64,000 nucleotides of DNA from an uncultured Pseudomonadales bacterium (lineage in GTDB: Bacteria; Patescibacteriota; Microgenomatia; UBA1400; PJMF01): NCBI GenBank assembly GCA_964457085.1, contig CAYWDM010000006.1, positions 4,302 through 68,301 of the forward strand, in the 5' to 3' direction. Of this stretch, positions 48,138 through 58,355 are shown in pieces. Made by a program: the position numbers and the translations under genes. Each line of letters opens with the position of its first letter. Position 1 is the first letter of the stretch. The notes under the pieces were generated by a model, which worked only from the letters and a program-made list of their open reading frames with translations, was not told the DNA's origin and searched no databases.

Positions 48138-48848
48138 CTATCTCGGGTCTGTCATCCACACTGCAGTTTTTTTTAAAAAAAGATATTTTAAAAATGTAAC
48201 CAAATATGAGTTAGCACCCGCAAAAAAACCAAATCTGAATCTTCTTCCTGCAGCCAACACAGGTGTGTTGCTCAAAAAGATAATTTTCCCAATTTTACTT
48301 ACTTTGAATGATAGGTCGATATCTTCGATTGCATTTAAATCAGCACTGAATCCACCTGATTTTTTATAAGCCTCGTTGAAAATTGCAAAATTGAACCCGC
48401 TAAGCCAATAATGTCCAAAAATCACTCGATAAATTCTCATCCCTAAGGGCTGCAATACATTGACGATTTTGTTTGTGTTGGCAGTACAATCGTCAATTCT
48501 ACAGGTGCCAGTCACAGCAACGCCAATATTTTCAGTAAGTGCATTTGAAAGTGTTTCGACCCAATTTGAGGGAAGAATTGTGTCAGCATCAGTTGACAAT
48601 ATAATTTCGTCAGTTGAGTATTCAAAACCAGCTTTTCGTGCTGCTCCCCGTCCTTTTCGTTTCTCATAAAGAACCGTTATGTGTAAATTCTTTGAAAAAC
48701 TTCTAGCTTCTTTTACAGTGTCATCTGTAGAATTGTTGTCAACAACGATGATCCTAAAATTTTTGCCAGTCTGTTGTGCAACAAGGCTATTTAGACAATT
48801 ACCAATATTTTTCTCTTCATTGTAAGCAGGGATTACAATCGAAATCAT
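48138..48848 (-). CDS. glycosyltransferase family 2
   Basis: ISIVIPAYNEE, VVDNNSTD, TDAD, GGF......ED.DL. Confidence 0.92.
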   Translation of the reverse strand: MISIVIPAYNEEKNIGNCLNSLVAQQTGKNFRIIVVDNNSTDDTVKEARSFSKNLHITVLYEKRKGRGAARKAGFEYSTDEIILSTDADTILPSNWVETLSNALTENIGVAVTGTCRIDDCTANTNKIVNVLQPLGMRIYRVIFGHYWLSGFNFAIFNEAYKKSGGFSADLNAIEDIDLSFKVSKIGKIIFLSNTPVLAAGRRFRFGFFAGANSYLVTFLKYLFLKKTAVWMTDPR

Positions 48849-48896
48849 AGATTAAAAATTGCTGTTTATTTACAAAGTTCTATTCTATACTTTGGT

Positions 48897-49961
48897 ATGG
48901 CTGAAAAAAAGATCACTGTTGATGTGTCACATGAAGTTTTTAAAGATAGGAAATCAAAAGACTTTTTTGATCGTCAATTCCCACTAAAAAGTGCTGAAGA
49001 AACACAAATTAAACTCAGGACAGAACTTGTGGAACAAGTATTTGCTTGGAATGAATCCCTGAATGTTGACTCTGATTTCGTACCCCCCAGTGATTTCACA
49101 GTTACTTGGATAGGAGTAAATAATTGGGATGAATTAAAAAATCAAAGTACTTGCCAAAATTGTAGTGCAGAAGTCAAATATGGAGAATCAAATTGTCAAT
49201 CATGCCTAACAGCAAAGCCACATTTTATTCTCACCATCAAAGAAACAGAGTCCACAAGACAATTGTTGAACAGTCCGATCGTAAATCAAAGCTCCATCCC
49301 AACAATTCTGCCTGAGGGATGTGCATACGATATTATTGGAGTTTCAAATCAAACAGAATTAAATAAATTTAGAAATTGTGTGTATTGTGGAGCTCCAGTT
49401 TTGTTTACTTTTCCTGCCTGCACTCACTGTGGAATGAGTAAACCATATGTGCGTCTCACAAATACTGATGATCAAAACTCATCAGCACCAACATGGAAAG
49501 TTGGTGACCTTAAAACAACTGTTAGCCAGGGCGATATGCCGGGATATTTTGAAGATGGAGAGGTTTCCGTCTCATCTGGATGCACGGCTGGAATATGCAA
49601 GGCCACCAAAGTTACTGTATCAGAAAATGCTTCAATCGTGGCTGCTAATGCCATAGAAGTTACCTTAAAAACGAACTCAAAAGCGCATGAAATAGCTGCG
49701 AGATATGTAACCATTCACGCGAATAGCACAGTTCATTCAGTGACAGTATATGACAGTGGCACCTTAATTCTAGACGAAAGCTCAAATATCGATGAATTAT
49801 TTTTAGGTGAAGGTGTGAAAATTGAAGTCAGAGGGATGCCAGAGTTAAGACTACTCCAAAAAATACTCAATGTCTTCCGAACCAGAAAAAAAGGTGTTAG
49901 AAGTGATGTTGCATGTGCACTGCCAAGAGGCATGGAAAAAAGATTGCAAGCAGGACAGTGA
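48897..49961 (+). CDS. hypothetical protein with tandem double-zinc-ribbon repeats and a beta-solenoid-like C-terminus
   Basis: CQNC..CQSC and CVYC..CTHC within two similar ~65-aa units. Confidence 0.7.
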   Translation: MAEKKITVDVSHEVFKDRKSKDFFDRQFPLKSAEETQIKLRTELVEQVFAWNESLNVDSDFVPPSDFTVTWIGVNNWDELKNQSTCQNCSAEVKYGESNCQSCLTAKPHFILTIKETESTRQLLNSPIVNQSSIPTILPEGCAYDIIGVSNQTELNKFRNCVYCGAPVLFTFPACTHCGMSKPYVRLTNTDDQNSSAPTWKVGDLKTTVSQGDMPGYFEDGEVSVSSGCTAGICKATKVTVSENASIVAANAIEVTLKTNSKAHEIAARYVTIHANSTVHSVTVYDSGTLILDESSNIDELFLGEGVKIEVRGMPELRLLQKILNVFRTRKKGVRSDVACALPRGMEKRLQAGQ

Positions 49962-49987
49962 TTGTTATTCTCTCAGAGAGACCCAAT

Positions 49988-50956
49988 TTAAATCGAAAAT
50001 AGAATTCTTAGGATCATGGTGTGAGATAAATATATCTGATACGAGTTTTTTCCAAGAGATAGTAAAAACTGAGCGATATTTTTCGCAAACCTTTTTTCCT
50101 GAATAAACAAGTACAGTGCGAAGTAAAACAATGTGGCATACAACATAGTATCTACATGTGTGAATCGTAGTGCAGTAATTGGATTGATTCCATTCAACAT
50201 ATCGTTTCTTGCTCTATAAATTACAACCACCAAAAAAAACAGACAAAGAAGTTTTGTGACTAGAATACATTTTTTCCTAGATTGTATCCAGTGAATTATT
50301 CTTGAAGCATGCATGCCGAGAATAAAATAAAAAATCCAAGTGATACACCAAAAATATTGTTGTTGATCAGTAAACAAATATTTTGAAATAAGACTCGGTG
50401 GTGCAGTAGTGCTGTACAACATATATAGAAATATCTGAAAAATAAATGCTACTAGCAAACTAATCCAGGGAAATTTTTTAACTATCGAACTCACTATAGG
50501 AAACAATATATATAACTGAAAAATCATTGGCACAAAATACAAATGATAATCAGCCTTGCCCAGTAATAACTGTAGTAAAAATGATTTAGTTTTGAGTGGA
50601 TCTTGCCAATGTGGGTTAAATAAAAATATGAGATAACTTACAGCACTAATCAAAATGTATGCTGGCAGCAATTTTTTTGCCTGACTCCACCAAAATTCAA
50701 AATAATGAAGTTTTTTTTGTTGGTATTTTTCCCAAAAACCATACCCTGACAAAATTACAAATAGTGGTACTGAAAACCTGCCTATTTGGTCAATAATCAA
50801 TAATAGTTGCCAACTTGAAGTTTGCAAATCAAAACCATTGGGAATATTTGTCAGAACATGAGCTGTGACCACCGCGACAATGGCAATCCCGCGAAGCAAA
50901 GCATTTGTTTCAAGCACATAACTTGAGTGCGGCTCAACTTCATGCTGTTTTTTCAT
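49988..50956 (-). CDS. acyltransferase family 3 (O-acyltransferase)
   Basis: LRGIAI.AVV..H, FSVPLF..LSG, YHLYF....QLY.LFP, LGK.SY.IYL.H. Confidence 0.9.
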   Translation of the reverse strand: MKKQHEVEPHSSYVLETNALLRGIAIVAVVTAHVLTNIPNGFDLQTSSWQLLLIIDQIGRFSVPLFVILSGYGFWEKYQQKKLHYFEFWWSQAKKLLPAYILISAVSYLIFLFNPHWQDPLKTKSFLLQLLLGKADYHLYFVPMIFQLYILFPIVSSIVKKFPWISLLVAFIFQIFLYMLYSTTAPPSLISKYLFTDQQQYFWCITWIFYFILGMHASRIIHWIQSRKKCILVTKLLCLFFLVVVIYRARNDMLNGINPITALRFTHVDTMLYATLFYFALYLFIQEKRFAKNIAQFLLSLGKNSYQIYLSHTMILRILFSI

Positions 50957-50970
50957 AAGTGGCTAAAAAA

Positions 50971-51249
50971 TTAGACGGTTTTTCGCTTCTCAAGTTCTGC
51001 TAAAACCATATCCAGTGTAACACCGCGTGCTGCCAACATCACTAAAGTGTGAAACAACAAATCAGCAGTTTCAGAAACTAATCGTCGTTTGTTACTATTT
51101 TTAGCAGCAATCACCACTTCAACAGCTTCTTCACCAACTTTTTGAATAATTCGGTCGTCATTATCTCTGAAGAGCGAAGCAACATATGAATTATCTGGCA
51201 TGTTCTCTTTACGAGCAATGATTATTTTGTAGAGTGCTTGTAATGTCAT
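50971..51249 (-). CDS. hisE: phosphoribosyl-ATP diphosphatase
   Basis: [24 protein letters not shown]. Confidence 0.95.
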   Translation of the reverse strand: MTLQALYKIIIARKENMPDNSYVASLFRDNDDRIIQKVGEEAVEVVIAAKNSNKRRLVSETADLLFHTLVMLAARGVTLDMVLAELEKRKTV

Positions 51250-51575
51250 ATCTTCCGTTCAATTAATTTGGTATAAAAACAACTACGAGAGCCAGTGTGA
51301 CAAACTGCCACTCCCTGCAATTCAACTGTGACTAATACAGTATCGGCATCACAGTCTTGATACAACGAGAGAACTTTTAGCTGATTACCCGACTGTTCAC
51401 CCTTTAGCCAAAGTTTTTTTCGACTTCGACTCCAGAAATAAACAAAGCCAGTTTGCTGTGTTTTTTCGAGTGCCTGAGCGTTCATATATCCCAGCATCAA
51501 AACTTCACCAGTAGTTCCATCTTGAATAATGGCTGGCACCAATCCTGAATTTTTATTGAAATCAATTTTTTTCAT
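51246..51575 (-). CDS. hisI: phosphoribosyl-AMP cyclohydrolase
   Basis: [42 protein letters not shown]. Confidence 0.96.
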   Translation of the reverse strand: MKKIDFNKNSGLVPAIIQDGTTGEVLMLGYMNAQALEKTQQTGFVYFWSRSRKKLWLKGEQSGNQLKVLSLYQDCDADTVLVTVELQGVAVCHTGSRSCFYTKLIERKI

Positions 51576-52332
51576 AGACGTTTCTATTTGGGATTTTTTT
51601 TAATTGCATATATTTTTTTAAATCAGAAATCGTCAACTCACCAAAGTGGAATAGTGAAGCAGCTAATGCACCGTCAGCGACTCCTTCTTCAAATACATCG
51701 GCAAAGTCTGTAATGCTTCCAGCACCTCCAGAAGCAATCACCGGGACAGTGACACTTTGAGAAATAATTCTAGTCAGCTCTAAATCAAATCCCTTCTTGG
51801 TGCCGTCAGCATCCATGCTAGTCAACAAAATCTCACCAGCTCCAAGTCCGACTCCTTCTTTTGCCCAGGATAGAGCGTTAAGCCCTGTTGCAGCAGTACC
51901 ACCATTAATCACTACCTCCCAACCAGTTTTATTTTTTTTAACATCGATCGCCAATACGATACATTGACTACCAAATACCCTTGCAGCTTCGGTAATGAGA
52001 CTGGGTTTTTTAACTGCTGCAGTATTGAGTGAAACCTTATCAGCACCAGCCAATAATACGGTTCTAATATCTTCAATTGAACTAATACCACCTCCGACTG
52101 TAAATGGAATAAAAATAGTTTCAGCAACTTTTTTAACCATCTCGATTATTGTTTTACGTCGATCATTAGTAGCGGTAATGTCTAGGAATACCAACTCGTC
52201 AGCACCTTGGTCATTGTAGAATTTTGCCAATTGCACCGGATCACCAGCATCCTGCAAATTCACAAAATTAACCCCTTTAACCACTCGGCCGTTAGCAATA
52301 TCAAGACAGGGAATAATTCGTTTAGTTAACAT
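51562..52332 (-). CDS. hisF: imidazole glycerol phosphate synthase cyclase subunit
   Basis: [44 protein letters not shown]. Confidence 0.98.
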   Translation of the reverse strand: MLTKRIIPCLDIANGRVVKGVNFVNLQDAGDPVQLAKFYNDQGADELVFLDITATNDRRKTIIEMVKKVAETIFIPFTVGGGISSIEDIRTVLLAGADKVSLNTAAVKKPSLITEAARVFGSQCIVLAIDVKKNKTGWEVVINGGTAATGLNALSWAKEGVGLGAGEILLTSMDADGTKKGFDLELTRIISQSVTVPVIASGGAGSITDFADVFEEGVADGALAASLFHFGELTISDLKKYMQLKKIPNRNVYEKN

Positions 52333-53032
52333 TGTTGACCTCCTGAATTGAGATTTTGCCTTCTAATACTGCTTTGCCAATAATTACTCCTGCTACTTTG
52401 AGAACTGAGAGTGCAATGACATCTGCTTTTGAGGACACTCCACCAGCAACAATGAGTGGCACTGAAAGTAACGACTGTAACTTTTTAACCTCTTCAAAAT
52501 TGGGTTGAGTTAGTGTGCCGTCTCTACTCACATCAGTATAAATAAATGTTTTCACTCCCCATTTTTCTAGCTGTATAGCAGTTTCAAGTAAATCTTGATC
52601 ACTGTTTTCCAACCAACCACGTTTGGCTAATTTGCCATTTTTACTGTCGAGCGAAACAATAATCCTGTCACCGTATTTGTCTAGCATTTGTTTTATCAGT
52701 GATTCGTTCTCTAAAGCCACCGTGCCAATAATTACTTTTGTGTCTCCAATTTTTAAAAGCTTCTCGACACTAGCAAGAGACTGAATGCCGCCACCAACTT
52801 GAACAGGAATGGTAACCGCGGTAATGATTTTTTTTATGATGACTAGATTGATTGATCGACCAACTTTGGCACCATCAAGATCCACGATGTGTAGTGCTCT
52901 AGCTCCTGCAGTTTGCAAGCGTAGAGCCATTGCCACAGGATCTTGGCCATAGATTGTTTCCAAAGCATAATCACCTTGTTGTAAGCGGACACAATTGCCA
53001 GCTCTAATATCAATAGCGGGAATAACTAGCAT
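52322..53032 (-). CDS. hisA: ProFAR isomerase
   Basis: [37 protein letters not shown]; GGAGG SD before ATG 53032. Confidence 0.96.
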   Translation of the reverse strand: MLVIPAIDIRAGNCVRLQQGDYALETIYGQDPVAMALRLQTAGARALHIVDLDGAKVGRSINLVIIKKIITAVTIPVQVGGGIQSLASVEKLLKIGDTKVIIGTVALENESLIKQMLDKYGDRIIVSLDSKNGKLAKRGWLENSDQDLLETAIQLEKWGVKTFIYTDVSRDGTLTQPNFEEVKKLQSLLSVPLIVAGGVSSKADVIALSVLKVAGVIIGKAVLEGKISIQEVNNVN

Positions 53033-53625
53033 AATAGCCTCCAAAAGTTTTCTAATACCTGGAGACCTGCCTCACCACTTTTCTCTGGGTGAAACTGTAC
53101 TCCATAGATATTTTTTGACTCAATCACACTGCAAAAGTCTTGACCATAATTAGTTACGCCAGTAACGTTTTTGGTGTCAATCGGATTGCAGTAATATGAG
53201 TGTACAAAGTAAAAATACGAATTATTTGTAATACCCTGCAACAACTGCGAATTTAATGCATTGACTTGGTTCCAGCCGACTTGGGGCACCTTTAAATTAG
53301 TTTTCAATTTTTGAACCTCACCATTAATCAAATCGAGACAATTGACACCACCTTCTTCACTAAATGAAAAAAATAATTGCATCCCCAAACAAATTCCTAG
53401 TAATGGTTTACCACTAGCAACTTGCTCAGTTATCACAACATCAAGATTTCGCTGTCGCAGATTTTTCATACCTGCACCTGCGGCACCCACTCCTGGCAAA
53501 ATTAAACCTGTTGCCTGCTGAATATCGCCAGTTTGATTCGATATTTTGAAAGGAATGCTGAGTCGAGAAAGTGCATTTGCCACACTCGCCAAATTTCCCA
53601 ATCCATAATCAATAATTACTATCAT
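53026..53625 (-). CDS. hisH: imidazole glycerol phosphate synthase glutamine amidotransferase subunit
   Basis: IIDYGLGNL, LPGVG, GICLGMQ, YFVHSYY, QFHPEKS. Confidence 0.97.
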   Translation of the reverse strand: MIVIIDYGLGNLASVANALSRLSIPFKISNQTGDIQQATGLILPGVGAAGAGMKNLRQRNLDVVITEQVASGKPLLGICLGMQLFFSFSEEGGVNCLDLINGEVQKLKTNLKVPQVGWNQVNALNSQLLQGITNNSYFYFVHSYYCNPIDTKNVTGVTNYGQDFCSVIESKNIYGVQFHPEKSGEAGLQVLENFWRLLC

Positions 53626-54215
53626 AATGAACCCTTCGTCGATGGTATTTGTGTCAGTGCTCTCTGGTCATATTCACAAGCAGCTCGAATTGCTCGAGCC
53701 ATTGCTTTGAATATGCCTTCGATTTTGTGGTGATCATTGCGACCATTTTCAACCTTAATGAAAACATTGGCTTTGGCGTTTTGGGCAAAACCATCCCAAA
53801 AGTCGTAAACCAGCTCAGTGCTAAGATCTCCAACCTTGTCACGGTTAAAGTCACAATCGAGAGCGAAGGCATACCGTCCAGAAAAATCTATGGCTACCGT
53901 CACTAGTACCTCATCCATTGGCAATACAAAGAATCCATAACGATTAATGCCACGCTTCTCTCCAAGTGACTGCGCGAATGCCTGGCCTAAAACAATACCG
54001 ATATCTTCTACTGTGTGGTGCTCATCAATAAAAATATCTCCCTGAGCTACCAGTGCTAGATCAAATAAGCCGTGTTTGGCAAATAATTCCAGCATGTGTG
54101 ATAAAAAACCTACTGGCACAGTGATTTGTCGCTGTCCGGTTCCATCAACACTAAGTGATAACTCAATTTGAGTTTCAGTGGTAATGCGGGTAATTACGGC
54201 GGAACGTTTTTTCAT
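53622..54215 (-). CDS. hisB: imidazoleglycerol-phosphate dehydratase (monofunctional)
   Basis: R.T.ETQI, FL.HML, D.HHTVED.GI, PMDE, NDHHKIE, PSTKG. Confidence 0.97.
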   Translation of the reverse strand: MKKRSAVITRITTETQIELSLSVDGTGQRQITVPVGFLSHMLELFAKHGLFDLALVAQGDIFIDEHHTVEDIGIVLGQAFAQSLGEKRGINRYGFFVLPMDEVLVTVAIDFSGRYAFALDCDFNRDKVGDLSTELVYDFWDGFAQNAKANVFIKVENGRNDHHKIEGIFKAMARAIRAACEYDQRALTQIPSTKGSL

Positions 54216-56053
54216 AACAGGAGTCTTTCGATTTCGTTGGTGCCTGCAACTTCAAACTCAGCTGCACTACCAGTGCCGACAAAGATACATGGCATCTGAG
54301 CTGACTTCGCAGCCAATACATCATTAATACTGTCGCCAACATAGATTGGCCGATTACTATCAAGCAGTGCAGCAGCTTGTAATAATGGATCTGGAAATGG
54401 TTTTTCTCGCAAAGTGTCCTCTTTACCAACTACAAATTTTTCTTGAATTAGTGCCGGTGATATCTTTAGATTTCTCAGTGCAAACAATGCCTCAAACTTT
54501 GGTCTCCCCGTAGCAACTCCAACCTTGTATTTATTAGCAATCTTTTTCAGGACTGCTAAATCTATCAACAGTATTTCATTAGCAATCAGTCCCGATTGCT
54601 CACTAATTGGAGCTAGTCGTTGATATATCTCAAAAAATAACTCAGAGCCTAAATAAAAACTCTGAAAAATATCTTTTATTTTTTGGTACTCTGAACTATT
54701 TTTTATTTGATCACTAAGAGCTGTGATTTTTTTCTTAAATTGAGTACGATAGATTTTTTTTGAGAGTAATTGTATGAGTGCAAACGACAGATCCCAATCA
54801 TTATTGAATCCTGGAATCAACTTCATGGACTCAACATCTTCGGCGGCTATAACTGTGTGCAAACCATAATTATTTTGTAGCACGTACTCAACCGTTAATT
54901 TGATTGCCTGGCGATATGACTGCGAGACATCTATCAGTACACCATCCATATCAAAAATAACGCTATCTAACTTTGGTTTAGAATATTCCCTGAGTGCTGC
55001 CAACAACTTGTCATTCTGGCGACGAGTGCCGATACTGATGCGAATTGCACTGTAAGCTGTGTAGTAGCGAACCACAATTTTTCGCTTCTCCAGAATTTCC
55101 TGTAACTGCGAGAGTCGATCCATCACAATAAACAGCGAGTTTGCTGCTGATGGATACACCGTAAAGCAGGACAATTTTTCAAGTTCATTATTTAAACGAG
55201 TTCGCTCTGCAACAATTGTCGCCAGCATTTTTTCTCTCCAAGTGGTATCAGAGAGAGCAGCGATTCCTGCCTCATTTGCAGCCAAGTTAACATTGTATGG
55301 TGGTTTAATCTTAAACAGCTGCTGCACAAAAAACTCATTCATCACCCCATATCCCAATCGCAAACCTGCCAATCCCGCCCATTTACTCAGAGTTCGTAGC
55401 ACGATTAAGTTGGGATACTGCTCCAGTAGTGAGATTACACTCTTACCAGAAAACTCAAAATAGGCTTCGTCCACAATGACCAGCTTACCGGTTTTTAATA
55501 ACGTAATGATTTCTTCCTCGCCACTGACAGTCCCGGTAGGATTATTTGGCGAACAAATTACGATTGCCTTGGTACGAGCTGTGACTGCTTTTCTAATCCC
55601 TATCAGATCCAATGAAAAATCAGCATTTCTGGCAACCGCAACTACCACACCACGATTCAACTGTACCGACACACAGTACATGCCAAATGTTGGCGGACAG
55701 TTGATTACTTCGTCGCCATTATTCAGGATCAATCGGAATAGTAAATCCAACAGTTCGTCTGACCCTGAACCAACCATGATATTTTTAACAGCGGCACCAG
55801 TATATTCAGCCAGTGCAAAGCGTAACTGCATATATTCAGGATCAGGATAAAAATTATATTTTGGTTGTCCTCGTAGTGCTTTCTGCACTAATGGTGAGTA
55901 GCCAAATTGATTTTCACCCGCGTCAAGTTTAATAACATCTTCAGAATTTTGACCAAACTTCTCTGCCAAATCCCACAGCGATGCTACCGGCAGATAGGCC
56001 GACATCGCTGCGATATCCTTTCGGATCATATTTTGTATAGTATTTTTTTTCAT
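54212..56053 (-). CDS. hisC: histidinol-phosphate aminotransferase fused to a HAD phosphatase (probable histidinol-phosphatase)
   Basis: KLD.GEN, YPDP, GSGSDE, SPNNPTG, VDEAY, RTLSKWAGLAGLRLGY; then FDMDGVLIDVSQSY, NNDWD, TGRP, KP.P, VGDS.ND. Confidence 0.92.
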   Translation of the reverse strand: MKKNTIQNMIRKDIAAMSAYLPVASLWDLAEKFGQNSEDVIKLDAGENQFGYSPLVQKALRGQPKYNFYPDPEYMQLRFALAEYTGAAVKNIMVGSGSDELLDLLFRLILNNGDEVINCPPTFGMYCVSVQLNRGVVVAVARNADFSLDLIGIRKAVTARTKAIVICSPNNPTGTVSGEEEIITLLKTGKLVIVDEAYFEFSGKSVISLLEQYPNLIVLRTLSKWAGLAGLRLGYGVMNEFFVQQLFKIKPPYNVNLAANEAGIAALSDTTWREKMLATIVAERTRLNNELEKLSCFTVYPSAANSLFIVMDRLSQLQEILEKRKIVVRYYTAYSAIRISIGTRRQNDKLLAALREYSKPKLDSVIFDMDGVLIDVSQSYRQAIKLTVEYVLQNNYGLHTVIAAEDVESMKLIPGFNNDWDLSFALIQLLSKKIYRTQFKKKITALSDQIKNSSEYQKIKDIFQSFYLGSELFFEIYQRLAPISEQSGLIANEILLIDLAVLKKIANKYKVGVATGRPKFEALFALRNLKISPALIQEKFVVGKEDTLREKPFPDPLLQAAALLDSNRPIYVGDSINDVLAAKSAQMPCIFVGTGSAAEFEVAGTNEIERLLL

Positions 56054-56060
56054 ATTTTTT

Positions 56061-57353
56061 TTAATTTCTAAATCGAATCTCGCAGGCAACTTTGTGAGCG
56101 GGTAGCTCCTCTATCTCAGCTAAGGTTTCGATGGTTTTTCGTAAATTATTTAGTCCTGTTTTGCTACAGCGCTGTACCTGCATCCATTTGCCATAACAAT
56201 CAACTCCTAGAGGTGGGTACATCTTAGCCATGCCCCCAGTTGGTAGTACGTGGTTGGCACCTGTTGCATAATCCCCTGCTGATTTGGCTGTCCAATTTCC
56301 TAAGAAAATTGAACCTGCATTTACAATCTCACTGACCACTGCTTCAGGATCTTTAGTCATGATCTCTAAGTGCTCAGGAGCGTATTCATTGGTAAAAGCA
56401 ATTGCTTCTTCCAGTGAATCAACTACAGCTACTAAACCAAACTTAACTAATGATTCAGTTAGACGCTCGGCAGTTGCCAACAGTGGCACTTGTTTCTCGA
56501 TTTCAGCAATTGTTTGCTCAGCAATCTCCAGCGAAGTAGTGACTAAAACACATGCTGAATCATTACCGTGTTCACCATCTGCCAAGAGATCGGCAGCAAT
56601 GAACGCTGGGTTAGCAGTCTCATCAGCGATTACAAATACTTCAGAAGGACCAGCTGGCATATCGATACTAATTGATTCAAGTGCCAGCATCTTTGCAGCA
56701 GTTACCGCAGCACCACCAGCACCAAAGATCTTAGAGACTTTTGGTACAGATTCTGTGCCATAGGTCATAGCTGCGATTGCCAGTGGTCCACCCAGTTTAA
56801 AAATCTCGGTCAATCCAATCATGTCAGCAGCCACCAATGTTGGTGCTGGAATCTGACCAGTGCCTCGTGCCGGTGAACAGAGCACAATCTGTGTACAACC
56901 AGCAATCTGTGCTGGAATCGCACTCATCAATACTGATGAAGGATAAATAGCTTTGCCACCAGGAATATATAATCCAACTTTCTCGATTGCTCGCCACTCA
57001 CGCCAAACTGCCACTCCAACTTCTGGTCGCACTACAGTATCCAGTTTGGTGGGTAACTGTGCGGAGTGCACGGCAGTAATATTGCGAATCATTTGACGAA
57101 TTGACTCAATAAAGTCTTGATTAACTTCTCGGTAAGCCTGATTAATCTCCTCAGAAGTAACTTTAATTGAAGTGAAATTCTGACCTGCAAAACGCTTGGC
57201 AGCATCAGCATATAGTGCTCTGTCGCCATCCTGTTTCACCGACTCCATGATTTGTTTCACTTGAGGCATGATTTGAGAATCATCGCCTGCACTGCGAGCC
57301 ATAATTCTTTGATAATCACTGGCCGATAAATCTTTAAGTTTAATAACTTGCAT
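56061..57353 (-). CDS. hisD: histidinol dehydrogenase
   Basis: GLYIPGG...YPSSVLM, IDMPAGPSE, APEHLEI, GDYATGANHVLPT. Confidence 0.97.
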   Translation of the reverse strand: MQVIKLKDLSASDYQRIMARSAGDDSQIMPQVKQIMESVKQDGDRALYADAAKRFAGQNFTSIKVTSEEINQAYREVNQDFIESIRQMIRNITAVHSAQLPTKLDTVVRPEVGVAVWREWRAIEKVGLYIPGGKAIYPSSVLMSAIPAQIAGCTQIVLCSPARGTGQIPAPTLVAADMIGLTEIFKLGGPLAIAAMTYGTESVPKVSKIFGAGGAAVTAAKMLALESISIDMPAGPSEVFVIADETANPAFIAADLLADGEHGNDSACVLVTTSLEIAEQTIAEIEKQVPLLATAERLTESLVKFGLVAVVDSLEEAIAFTNEYAPEHLEIMTKDPEAVVSEIVNAGSIFLGNWTAKSAGDYATGANHVLPTGGMAKMYPPLGVDCYGKWMQVQRCSKTGLNNLRKTIETLAEIEELPAHKVACEIRFRN

Positions 57354-57362
57354 ATAATTCCT

Positions 57363-58244
57363 TTACAAAATAATTTTTTCGATTGGTAAGACAATAATTC
57401 CAGTGGCACCAGCAGCTTTGAGTTTTTCAATGGTTTCCCAAAACACATCCTCTTTAATTACAGTTTGGATCGAGACCCAACCGTCCTGAGCTAGTGGTGA
57501 AACTGTCGGCGATTTAAGTCCGGGAGTAATTTTCTGCAAATTTGACAAAATATCTTCTGGAGCATTCATCATCACGTATTTATAGGTTTTGGCTGAAAGT
57601 ACGGCTTTGAAACGAACCAACAATCTTTTTATTAATCGCAGTTTGGCTGCATCCACCATGCTGGTGCCATTGGCAATACAAACCGCTTCACAGTCATAGA
57701 TTTTTGCCAGTTGTCGCAAATCATTAAGTGCCATAGTGCTGCCAGTAGCAGTGAGGTCAGCGATGGCGTCAGCAACTCCCAACATCGGTGCTATCTCCAC
57801 CGAACCGCTAATCTTGATTGTCTCCACCGACATGCCACTTTTCTTAAAAAAATTCTTGGTTGAGTTCGGGTAGGAAGTGGCAATCGTTTTTCCGTCTAAA
57901 TCTACTAATTCAACGACAGGCGATTCTTTGGGGACCGCCAATGTCAGAGCACAAAATCCATACCGCAGATTTAAAAGTTTCTTGACGTTTTTTGGTCGTT
58001 CTTCGTACAGTAAATTTTGACCCACAATACCCATATCCACACTACCAGAAGCTACATAATCGGGAATATCGTCGTCACGCATGTAGATAATTTCTAAAGG
58101 AAAATTGCGACAAGTAGAAAACAACTTAGATTTATAACTGGCAAATTCCAGTCCAGCACTTCGCAAAAAACTAATGGTTTCGTCAGTCAGACGACCACTT
58201 TTTTGAATAGCTAATTTTAGATTTTTTTGATTCATGTTTTGCAT
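57363..58244 (-). CDS. hisG: ATP phosphoribosyltransferase, long form
   Basis: LAIQKSGRL, RDDDIP.YV, IATSYP, GSVEIAP..G.AD.I.DL..TGST, C-terminal regulatory domain (PG..SPTV). Confidence 0.97.
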   Translation of the reverse strand: MQNMNQKNLKLAIQKSGRLTDETISFLRSAGLEFASYKSKLFSTCRNFPLEIIYMRDDDIPDYVASGSVDMGIVGQNLLYEERPKNVKKLLNLRYGFCALTLAVPKESPVVELVDLDGKTIATSYPNSTKNFFKKSGMSVETIKISGSVEIAPMLGVADAIADLTATGSTMALNDLRQLAKIYDCEAVCIANGTSMVDAAKLRLIKRLLVRFKAVLSAKTYKYVMMNAPEDILSNLQKITPGLKSPTVSPLAQDGWVSIQTVIKEDVFWETIEKLKAAGATGIIVLPIEKIIL

Positions 58245-58260
58245 AATTACTTTCAATTTG

Positions 58261-58333
58261 GGTGGCTGAGGGGAGTTGCACCCCCGGCCTTCTCCTCCAC
58301 AAGGAGATGCTCTACGGTTGAGCTACAGCCACC
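58261..58333 (-). tRNA. tRNA-His (GTG)
   Basis: Encoded G-1, acceptor GTGGCTG/CAGCCAC, C73 discriminator, anticodon arm tctcc-TT GTG GA-ggaga, variant T-loop TGCAACT. Confidence 0.92.
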
Positions 58334-58355
58334 ATCTTTTAAACGAGTGGTTAAT

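Noticed and set aside
58261-58333. tRNA-His as a pseudogene because of the TGCAACT T-loop
   Set aside because: All stems pair, G-1 and C73 identity elements are present, and the upstream T-box bulge matches it.
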